A program made the position numbers and the translations under genes. Positions 50,916 to 58,773 of a stretch of DNA of 64,000 bases are shown one piece after another. Source of the DNA: Saprospiraceae bacterium UBA7687 (lineage in GTDB: Bacteria; Bacteroidota; Bacteroidia; Chitinophagales; Saprospiraceae); the NCBI GenBank assembly GCA_002482845.1, contig DLGT01000084.1:13157-77156 (forward strand), written 5' to 3'. The stretch's first letter is position 1; every line of letters begins with the position of its first letter. The notes under the pieces were generated by a model. It was not told where the DNA came from and searched no databases. It saw only the letters and a list, made by a program, of their open reading frames with translations.

Positions 50916-51064
50916 AAATCCCGAAAGGATGACAAGATTACAGAAATGTAATTATAAAAACATAAACTCAACCCTAAGGGATGACATGATCTGAATCTGC
51001 GCCCTTTATTTCCTATGCGTGACGCGCTAACTAAACTGGGTACGCAAATAAAATCATTAGCTTA

Positions 51065-51316
51065 TTACAAATTACTTCCATCTTTTTGGTCTAGGTATCT
51101 TCGTGCACCTCGTTTCTTTATTATCTTTTCTATTCGCAAGGCTTCTCTTTTATCTGCATTTACTTCCATGTGCAGGATCTCCCAATCTTTTGCTTTTGAT
51201 GTAAATCCACCATGATCTTGCATGTGACGTGCTAATCTATCACTAACTGACATAGAAGTAAAACCTACATAGTATTTTGATAGTAGTTTAGAATATAGAA
51301 TATAAACTGTATACAT
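51065..51316 (-). CDS. Small GIY-YIG nuclease-family protein
   Basis: 'MYTVYILYS..KYYVGFTS....R...H' N-terminal GIY-YIG pattern. The start is set at 51316 because the longer track ORF (51358) runs into a terminator hairpin. Confidence 0.7.
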   Translation of the reverse strand: MYTVYILYSKLLSKYYVGFTSMSVSDRLARHMQDHGGFTSKAKDWEILHMEVNADKREALRIEKIIKKRGARRYLDQKDGSNL

Positions 51317-51363
51317 TTTTCTTAGACTTAGCTTTTTGTTCAAAAAAAAAGAGTCCAACCTAT
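51242..51363. repeat. Left copy of the direct repeat (att-like) flanking the integrative element
   Basis: It is identical base for base to 63879-64000. Confidence 0.9.
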
Positions 51364-51377
51364 TTAAGATTGAACTC
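51342..51377 (-). terminator. Rho-independent terminator on the minus strand, straddling the end of the visible repeat
   Basis: The minus strand reads GAGTTCAA-tcttaaatagg-TTGGACTC followed by T9. Confidence 0.65.
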
Positions 51378-51707
51378 TCTGTTGTCGGGGCGGCAGTACT
51401 TACACCCTACCCTATTTTATTTTGCAACACACTGATATACAACCTTTAATAAATACATACTTATACTATCCTAAAAACAGATACCTAAACAGATACTTGG
51501 GTTAAAGAAATAAAGAACATTTGTGGTAATTAAAACTGTGATTATAGGGCTTTTGTTCATGGTAGTTTATAGCTAAAATCTGTAGTGTGGATTCTATTAA
51601 AAATGAATATTTATAGGATTTTACTCTCATATTCTACTAACATAATGGTTATTTATTACTTTTATGGTTTAATGTATATATGAGTATCTCTATCTAAAGT
51701 GAATATT

Positions 51708-54700
51708 ATGGGTTTATACCAAAGATCTGTGCTAAAGAATTATTTGTCTGCCTTAGATGATGTTAAAGTTAATGCTGCTTATAATGAGTTTAAAACATTT
51801 TTCTTTAACCCTGTCACACAGCAGAATATTAGAAACTCTAAGGAAGAGCAATTTCAGGAAGGTTTTCTTAGAGAGTTATTTGTTAAAATAATGGGTTATA
51901 CTCTAAATCCTGATGCTAACTACAACCTTATCTCTGAACAAAAGAATGTTAGTGATGCTAAGAAAGCTGATGGTGCTATCCTTATAGATGGTAAAGTAGT
52001 AGGTGTAATAGAGTTAAAAGGTACTAATACTATTGATCTAGGTAAAATACAACAGCAAGCATTTTATTATCTTAGTTCACACCCTGAAGCTGTATATGTC
52101 ATTACATCTAACTTTGAGAAGTTAAGATTTTATATACAGAAATCTAATGATTATGAAGAGTTTAACCTGTTTACACTTACCTTGGAAGAGTTTAAGTTAT
52201 TATACTTGTGTACTTCTTTAGACAGTATTAGTCATGGATTACCACTTAAGATAAAACAAGAATCACTTGTAAAGGAAGATGTGATCACCAAGCAGCTATA
52301 TAAAGATTATAGCAGTTTTAAGAGTGATTTGTTTAGTAGTCTATGTGACAGAAATAGCCAGATAGACAAACTTACTTTATTTAAAGCTACACAAAAGCTC
52401 ATAGATAGGTTTCTATTTATCTTCTTTTGTGAAGATAATAATGGGCTACTTCCTGCAAACTTAATTAGAACCATTGTTAACCACTGGAATAAAAATAGAG
52501 AATATGATGACTATAAGCCATTATATGAAATATTTAAAAAGTATTTTAGTTACATTAATATAGGCAGTAATAAGGTAGGTAGTATTCCAGAAATCTTTGC
52601 ATATAATGGTGGTTTATTTGCTGAAGATGTACTCTTAGATAAGTTGGACATAGATGACAATGTACTTTATACCCATACCCAAAAGTTAAGTGCTTATGAT
52701 TTTATAAGTGAAGTAGATGTGAATATTCTAGGGCATATATTTGAACACTCCCTAAATGATATAGAAGAGATACAAGCTGAAATAGCTGGTAATGTAGTAG
52801 ATAAGTCTAAAACTAAGCGTAAAAAAGATGGTGTCTTTTATACTCCTAAATACATCACAGAGTACATTGTAGAGAATACAATAGGTAAGCTATGTGCAGA
52901 TAAAAAAGCAGCACTAGAGATAGATGAAGATTTATTTGTAACAGCCACAACAAAAGCAAAGAGAGAACCACTTTTAGCTAAACTTAATGCTTATAAAAGC
53001 TACTTGCTAAGCATTACCATTTGTGATCCTGCTTGTGGTAGTGGTGCATTCTTAAACCAAGCTTATGTATTCTTACAAAAAGAACATCAGTATGTAGCAG
53101 ACCTAGAGAGTAAGTTATTTGATGCTCCTATGGTTATATCTGATGTAAGTGCAGACATCTTAGAGAACAATCTCTTTGGTGTAGATATAAATGAAGAGTC
53201 TGTAGAAATAGCTAGGTTAGCATTATGGTTGCGTAGTGCTAAAAAAGGTAGAAAACTAAATAATCTATCCAATAACATAAAGTGTGGTAATTCACTTATA
53301 GATGACCCTGAAGTAGCAGGTGATAAAGCTTTTAACTGGGAGAAAGAATTTCCACAGGTGTTTGCTAATGGTGGTTTTGATGTGGTGATAGGGAATCCAC
53401 CTTATGCAACAAAAATATTTACATCAGAAGAAAAAAATTACTATAAAAATAGTTTTATAGTTGCACAATATCAATTAGATCTTTACATTCTATTTATGCA
53501 AAAAGGTACAGATATTTTAAATAATAATTCTTACATAAGTTATATAACCCCAAACTCATGGTTAAAAAATTTAATGATGTCTGATTGCAGGCAATATCTA
53601 TTAGAAAATTTAACTTTTGAAATTATTTTACCTAATTTACCCAATGTATTTGTTGATGCTTCAGTTGATTCTATGATTTTTATAGGTAAAAAGGCAAAGG
53701 AAATGAATTCTATAATCAATATTAATGAAATTGTGGACAGCATCTTTATTACTAAACATGTTGTAGATCAAAATACATTTTATAATAATGATAAATATAT
53801 ATTTAATGTTGAAGCTAATGATAAAATAATAAAAATATTACAGAAATTAAACTCCCAGTCTGAAAAATTAGAAAACTACTTTGAAATAAGTAGAGGAATA
53901 AACCCATATGATAAATACAGAGGACAATCTAAAGAAATAATAGAGTCTAAGGCTTATCATGCAAATTTTAAAAAGGATGACACATTTGTCCCTGAAATAA
54001 GGGGCAAAAATATAAATAGGTATTTCTATAATTGGGATGGGTTTAGTCACATAAGTTATGGTCCATGGCTTGCAGCTTCAAGAGATGAAAAATATTTTAA
54101 TGGGGAAAGGATAGTCTTTAGACAAGTTCTAGGGGAAAGGTTAATTTGTACTGTTATAGAAGAAGAGTTAAAAATTGATCAAAGCATTTTTATTGCTAAA
54201 CCAATAGGAAATGATATAGGATGTAAGTATGTTATTTGCTTTCTAGGATCTAAGTTGGGGGCATTATATTTTAAATATACTTGCAATGAGTTTGACGAGC
54301 TTTTTCCTAAAATAAAGTTAGGGGAATTTAAAAATTTGCCAGTAAAAGTAATAGAAATACACAAACAGGCTAAATTTGTACTAAAAGCAGAAATAATGAT
54401 AAATTTTAATAAATTATCATTTAACAAACAATCTAAATTTATTTCCCGCATAAAATCTAGCTTTAATATAGAAAACATAACAGGCAAGTTAGAGAAGTTC
54501 TATGAGTATGATTTTAAGAGCTTTGTAGGTGAGCTAAAGAAACAGAAGGTAATATTATCACTTAAGGACCAAGATGAGTGGGAAGACTACTTTAATACCT
54601 ACAAACAGGAGATTAATATCCTACAAGCAGAGATAGTTAGGACAGATAAGGAGATAGATCAAATGGTGTATGAGCTGTATGGGTTAACTGATGAGGAGAT

Positions 54701-54722
54701 TAGGGTTGTGGAAGGTAATTAA
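51708..54722 (+). CDS. Single-chain type IIG/IIL restriction-modification enzyme (PD-ExK nuclease + gamma-class N6-adenine methyltransferase + target-recognition domain)
   Basis: N-terminal 'ADGAILIDGKVVGVIELKG' (D..ExK, MmeI-like layout with 'NFEKLRFY'), SAM motif I 'CDPACGSGAFL', motif IV 'VIGNPPYA', and a ~400-aa C-terminal region. A GTG at 51699 is an alternative start. Confidence 0.8.
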   Translation: MGLYQRSVLKNYLSALDDVKVNAAYNEFKTFFFNPVTQQNIRNSKEEQFQEGFLRELFVKIMGYTLNPDANYNLISEQKNVSDAKKADGAILIDGKVVGVIELKGTNTIDLGKIQQQAFYYLSSHPEAVYVITSNFEKLRFYIQKSNDYEEFNLFTLTLEEFKLLYLCTSLDSISHGLPLKIKQESLVKEDVITKQLYKDYSSFKSDLFSSLCDRNSQIDKLTLFKATQKLIDRFLFIFFCEDNNGLLPANLIRTIVNHWNKNREYDDYKPLYEIFKKYFSYINIGSNKVGSIPEIFAYNGGLFAEDVLLDKLDIDDNVLYTHTQKLSAYDFISEVDVNILGHIFEHSLNDIEEIQAEIAGNVVDKSKTKRKKDGVFYTPKYITEYIVENTIGKLCADKKAALEIDEDLFVTATTKAKREPLLAKLNAYKSYLLSITICDPACGSGAFLNQAYVFLQKEHQYVADLESKLFDAPMVISDVSADILENNLFGVDINEESVEIARLALWLRSAKKGRKLNNLSNNIKCGNSLIDDPEVAGDKAFNWEKEFPQVFANGGFDVVIGNPPYATKIFTSEEKNYYKNSFIVAQYQLDLYILFMQKGTDILNNNSYISYITPNSWLKNLMMSDCRQYLLENLTFEIILPNLPNVFVDASVDSMIFIGKKAKEMNSIININEIVDSIFITKHVVDQNTFYNNDKYIFNVEANDKIIKILQKLNSQSEKLENYFEISRGINPYDKYRGQSKEIIESKAYHANFKKDDTFVPEIRGKNINRYFYNWDGFSHISYGPWLAASRDEKYFNGERIVFRQVLGERLICTVIEEELKIDQSIFIAKPIGNDIGCKYVICFLGSKLGALYFKYTCNEFDELFPKIKLGEFKNLPVKVIEIHKQAKFVLKAEIMINFNKLSFNKQSKFISRIKSSFNIENITGKLEKFYEYDFKSFVGELKKQKVILSLKDQDEWEDYFNTYKQEINILQAEIVRTDKEIDQMVYELYGLTDEEIRVVEGN

Positions 54723-55570
54723 TTAACTTTTTTCTTCCCTAACTTAGAGATCTCTTTAAAATATGAAATTATGGTAAATATAATTACCATTAATGTAATA
54801 CCACAGCAAAAGAGAATAAAGGCACTCCAAAGACTAAAATTCCCAAAAAACAAACTAAGATTAAATATATTTAATGATTCATTATCCATTCCAATTCTAT
54901 ATAATAGAAGTAATAAAACTATCCATACTGTATTAAATAAAATCCTTAAAAACCCCAAAAGTGTTATAAATACAGGTTTCAAAAATGCTAACTTGTAGAA
55001 AACTTTAATAAAAGGTTTGATTGTGAAATCTAAATCTGTATTATAATTTATCTTAAATTTAGTATCTTTTAAACCTTCTGCGTTTATCACAAATACTAAT
55101 TCTTGGAAATTTGGTGTAGTTTCAGAACTAGATTTAAAATCTATTAGCACTAAATCTATTGTAAATTCTTCTTCTTCATTTAAATGGTTGAAATTAAAAA
55201 TAATCTCATTATTATCTGTAACATTATAATTTATTTCCTTTTCTTCTTCTTTAGTTATGGAACATTTTTCTAGAACTAATCCTTCAGGTATTTTAAAGGT
55301 TAAAGGTTTTGTAATATTACCAATTGGAGCGTTCCCAATATTTTTTATAGTAAATATAAAATTGTATATTTGGTTGATTTGCTTATCTTTATAGCTGATT
55401 TCTATATCATTCACGATATCTTTATCAACATAAATTACATGAGATGTAAAAATTTTTTCTATTATTAGCTTTTTAAATTTTGAGTTTTTATTCCAATATC
55501 CATTATTTAAATGACCTATAATATTTCCAATAATTAAAAATATTGCTCCAATTATAACATTTTCAAGCAT
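54719..55570 (-). CDS. Hypothetical membrane protein (1 N-terminal TM, ~150-aa beta-rich central domain, 3 C-terminal TM)
   Basis: Hydrophobic segments were read from the translation. Its stop codon overlaps the stop codon of the convergent R-M gene. No family was recognised. Confidence 0.5.
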   Translation of the reverse strand: MLENVIIGAIFLIIGNIIGHLNNGYWNKNSKFKKLIIEKIFTSHVIYVDKDIVNDIEISYKDKQINQIYNFIFTIKNIGNAPIGNITKPLTFKIPEGLVLEKCSITKEEEKEINYNVTDNNEIIFNFNHLNEEEEFTIDLVLIDFKSSSETTPNFQELVFVINAEGLKDTKFKINYNTDLDFTIKPFIKVFYKLAFLKPVFITLLGFLRILFNTVWIVLLLLLYRIGMDNESLNIFNLSLFFGNFSLWSAFILFCCGITLMVIIFTIISYFKEISKLGKKKVN

Positions 55571-55623
55571 TCTAGTATAAATTAGATTGCAAAGTTATGA
55601 ATTTAATATGTGATTATACAATA

Positions 55624-55654
55624 TAAAAGGGAGTAAATCCTAAAACTTACTCCC
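55624..55654 (-). terminator. Rho-independent terminator after the polymerase-like gene
   Basis: The minus strand reads GGGAGTAA-gttttaggat-TTACTCCC followed by TTTTAT. Confidence 0.65.
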
Positions 55655-55704
55655 AAATATTACTAACATAATGGTATTTTATGTATCTCTATTCTATACT
55701 TATA

Positions 55705-57345
55705 TTATATCCACTCTTCTATCTTAATGGTAGGTTCTGCTCCTATAACTTCTTTAATTGTCTGGTACATTTCTGCTTCTAGTGGTTCTTTGTACTCTGG
55801 GTTAGTAGCAATGGCATCATGTACAGTTAGTAAAGGTATCTCAGGATATTTTTCCTTCATGTTTTTACATATTACATCTAAGATTAAATGGCTCTCTATA
55901 CTTTGTAATAAAACAGCTAAAGTATTGGTACTATAAGGTATTCTTTTCCTGATACTTTCTCTTCTAGTGTGGGTAAACAGAACATTTATATCTTCAAACA
56001 TACTCATTACCTGTGGAAAGTGTAGCCTGAATATGTCACGTGCTAAACTTTCATGACTACTAGGATTGAAAAACAATGTAAAAGTGTGGTGTTTACCATC
56101 TGCTCTATCAAATTTCTTAAAATTCCTACCACTTTCACTTTTTAGTTGATTTAACTGTATAGCTAAAAATTCATAAATTTCACCATTTTTAACTAAGTGA
56201 AGGTATTGTTTAGTAGAAGGTAAGATATTCCCTGATTTATAGTTTTTAATTCTCTTAAATATACTACTATACAGTTGTTTATTTTCAGTCTTAAGGTTAC
56301 TAAGACATTTATTAAGAATACTACTTATGTTATGGTTGATTGGTCCTTCAGTGAATAATAAGGAGGATATAAATGGCTGTGAGTTTTTAAGATCACAACT
56401 TATAATTTCCTTTCCACGCAACCTTAAAAACTTTCTACACTGTGACTTTACGCCTAAAAATGATGTATGTAACCGTTGACTAGTACTGTCTTGTGTAAAA
56501 TATAAATGTTTATGATCTAACGCATGTATACTACTAATCCAGCTATTCTGTTTTCCCATTATTTTTGGGTCTGTCATAGATTTCTTTACTTTTTCATCCC
56601 CATATTTGTACTTGGTCCAAGACTTATCTCTATTTTTCTTAAAGTCTTTTATCACAGATTCTAAAGCTACTTCTTTTAAATCATTCATAATGTATTCTTG
56701 TGCTACAGTATAATTAGCAACAGAAACACTACAAAGATCTTCATAGAGAGAATTGTATTTGTTTATTGTGTTAGATTGTTCTTTTGTGTGTTTGTTAAAA
56801 TTCTTATAAACTGCTCCGCCCTTTTTATCATCACCATTATAATCTGGTATAAAATACTCACTCAAAGGGACATACCTATAAGCTGATGTAAATCTATATC
56901 CATAAGATTTCTCATTTGGAATGTAATAATTATCAGTTTCTATTAGACCCATTTCTAACAAGTAACTTAGATAGTAATTATAACCACGAACATATTTATC
57001 TAAGATGGTAGATGAAAATGGAACGTAGTCATCTATGTCAGAACCATCCATTTGCATATTTCTTGCAACAGCTTTTACTAAAAGACTTAAAATAGTGGCT
57101 ACCTTGTCTTCTTGCTGATGAATATTGTTTACACATGAAGCTAACTCAGGTGGGTGGTTAACTAACAACTTTCTAATATCCACATTGGAAGGTATTAGAA
57201 TAGATATAGCTTTATTAGCAGCTTTTTTTAATAATGGTTTGCACCTTTTTTTATTTTCAAACTCTTTAACAATATCTGGTGTGTTGATATTATAAGGTAC
57301 TTTAGGACACACTTTTGGTCCCATAAATAGACAATCTGTTACCAT
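55705..57345 (-). CDS. Family-A (Pol I / T7 RNAP-like) polymerase-motif protein, minimal size
   Basis: Motif A 'IISCDLKNSQPFISSLL' (D318), motif B 'RADGKHHTFTLFF' (R414, K418), motif C 'LLTVHDAI' (H509-D510), and the pre-motif-A 'SQRLHTSF'. Alignment was by eye only. Confidence 0.5.
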   Translation of the reverse strand: MVTDCLFMGPKVCPKVPYNINTPDIVKEFENKKRCKPLLKKAANKAISILIPSNVDIRKLLVNHPPELASCVNNIHQQEDKVATILSLLVKAVARNMQMDGSDIDDYVPFSSTILDKYVRGYNYYLSYLLEMGLIETDNYYIPNEKSYGYRFTSAYRYVPLSEYFIPDYNGDDKKGGAVYKNFNKHTKEQSNTINKYNSLYEDLCSVSVANYTVAQEYIMNDLKEVALESVIKDFKKNRDKSWTKYKYGDEKVKKSMTDPKIMGKQNSWISSIHALDHKHLYFTQDSTSQRLHTSFLGVKSQCRKFLRLRGKEIISCDLKNSQPFISSLLFTEGPINHNISSILNKCLSNLKTENKQLYSSIFKRIKNYKSGNILPSTKQYLHLVKNGEIYEFLAIQLNQLKSESGRNFKKFDRADGKHHTFTLFFNPSSHESLARDIFRLHFPQVMSMFEDINVLFTHTRRESIRKRIPYSTNTLAVLLQSIESHLILDVICKNMKEKYPEIPLLTVHDAIATNPEYKEPLEAEMYQTIKEVIGAEPTIKIEEWI

Positions 57346-57492
57346 TGGTAATTATTTAAAATTTTAATAAATATACTATGATTGAATTAGTGATTTTGTA
57401 GCTTAACCAAATACGCTATGGTTAAAAATCTCTAAAACAGAATGCAAAGTTATGTTGCTTCATTAACTTTTAGGTGTATTCAGAAGATCAAC

Positions 57493-57513
57493 TTATCCAC
57501 AGATTGTGGATAA
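57493..57513. promoter_or_regulatory. Inverted pair of perfect DnaA boxes (candidate origin or DnaA-controlled promoter)
   Basis: TTATCCACA-gat-TGTGGATAA, a 21-bp perfect palindrome 148 nt upstream of the polymerase-like gene. Confidence 0.6.
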
Positions 57514-57574
57514 AATCATAACGTTTTGATTATTATTAATTTAGAAATGTTAGTTTTTAGCTGAAATTACAGAT

Positions 57575-58360
57575 TTAATTACAGTTGCAGTTGGAATTTG
57601 TTAAATACTCATTAAAACTTTCACCATAAGAGTCTCCAGCATTATCTACAAATTCATTCCAATCACCATAGTTAATATCACAATACACATATTTTTTACT
57701 ACTTGAAGTAAACTCCACTACTAAGTAATATAATCCTTCATATTCATACAGTGCTATGTAATCTAAGGCAGAACTATTCATGTCTGAATCATCTAAATCA
57801 GATATTAAATCTCCATCATCCACTACCGTTTCTAATATTTCTGTGCAAGACATGTCTGCAATATCTGCTGTCTCATCATCTTCATCACTATTTTCATCAC
57901 TATTTTCATAGTTACTGTAGTATGTGTTAGAATTAGATGAATTATTACTACTAGAAGTAGTGTTTTGTACCAAATAAATTATTCCAAATCCTAGACCACA
58001 TAAGAAAGAAAATGGTAGGAAAGTACTATATGCTAATGTAAAGTTGGTTTTTATTTCCGTGATGTCATTACCACACTGTGAACTTAATAAAGCTAATTCA
58101 TCTGTAATATCATCCTTATAAGCATACCATGCCCCTATAAAAATGAGGATACTAAAGAAACCAACTAATGAATATGTAACATTATCATTTGAAATATTTA
58201 TGAATTCCTTACAAAATATATAAAACAGAAATATTGCCATAAAAATGACTGTGCTATGGATAATTAGCTTGGATAAACGAAAAATAATGTTAAATAAAAT
58301 TAAAAAAGCGTATGCTGGTATTTTAAGTAGATAAAATGGAAACTGGATAATTTTTAACAT
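57575..58360 (-). CDS. Membrane protein with acidic linker and C-terminal KTSC-like domain
   Basis: About 4-5 N-terminal TM segments and an Asn/Ser/Asp/Glu-rich linker. The C-terminal 'IALYEYEGLYYLVVEFTSSSKKYVYCDINYGDWNEF..AGDSYGESFNEYL' resembles the KTSC pattern. Confidence 0.5.
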   Translation of the reverse strand: MLKIIQFPFYLLKIPAYAFLILFNIIFRLSKLIIHSTVIFMAIFLFYIFCKEFINISNDNVTYSLVGFFSILIFIGAWYAYKDDITDELALLSSQCGNDITEIKTNFTLAYSTFLPFSFLCGLGFGIIYLVQNTTSSSNNSSNSNTYYSNYENSDENSDEDDETADIADMSCTEILETVVDDGDLISDLDDSDMNSSALDYIALYEYEGLYYLVVEFTSSSKKYVYCDINYGDWNEFVDNAGDSYGESFNEYLTNSNCNCN

Positions 58361-58389
58361 TGGTAAAAGTTTTAATTTGGTTAGATTGG

Positions 58390-58752
58390 TTATCCTTTAA
58401 TATAAATACTATAAACATACATTTGGTCTGACACTTCACTTATCAACGCAATACTTTCTTTATTTATTAGGAAATACATAATATTACCTTTAGGATTAAT
58501 TGTTTTATAAGTAGTTATATTATTGTCTGTAGCATTATCTATATCTATTACTTTAAATTCCATAGGTACTAAATTGTTTCCCACGAACCATTCTACAGCA
58601 TCCTTTTTAACTGTAAACTTATTAAGTTTGTATTCCTTAGATGTACTTTCATTAAGTTTTAAGTCTCTTATAGTGCGGTAGTTTGTGAAATATGTTTGTG
58701 CTGTGCAAAGGCTTGCATAAAATAGTAATATGGATGTAATTAATAATTTCAT
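58390..58752 (-). CDS. Small secreted hypothetical protein
   Basis: Signal peptide MKLLITSILLFYASLCTAQ. No family was recognised. Confidence 0.5.
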   Translation of the reverse strand: MKLLITSILLFYASLCTAQTYFTNYRTIRDLKLNESTSKEYKLNKFTVKKDAVEWFVGNNLVPMEFKVIDIDNATDNNITTYKTINPKGNIMYFLINKESIALISEVSDQMYVYSIYIKG

Positions 58753-58773
58753 TTATTTTCTTGGTTATAGGAT

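Noticed and set aside
50990-51064. GC-richer patch (gcgccctttatttcctatgcgtgacgcgc...ctgggtacgc), considered as a tRNA on the minus strand.
   Set aside because: No D-arm, anticodon or T-arm geometry could be drawn by hand.
51364-51420. Possible tRNA or tmRNA 3' end as the integration target (GGGTAGGGTGTAAGTACTGCCGCCCCGACA on the minus strand).
   Set aside because: I could not build a T-arm with a 7-nt TTCRANY-type loop or a matching acceptor stem. Only a generic hairpin (GGTAG/CTGCC with a 10-nt loop) forms. A tRNAscan or ARAGORN run on the extended contig would settle it.
51708-54722. BREX PglX or a type I/III R-M system.
   Set aside because: There are no neighbouring PglZ, BrxC or BrxL genes, and no HsdR/HsdS or Res genes. 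The N-terminal D..ExK nuclease head on the same chain fits a stand-alone type IIG/IIL enzyme.
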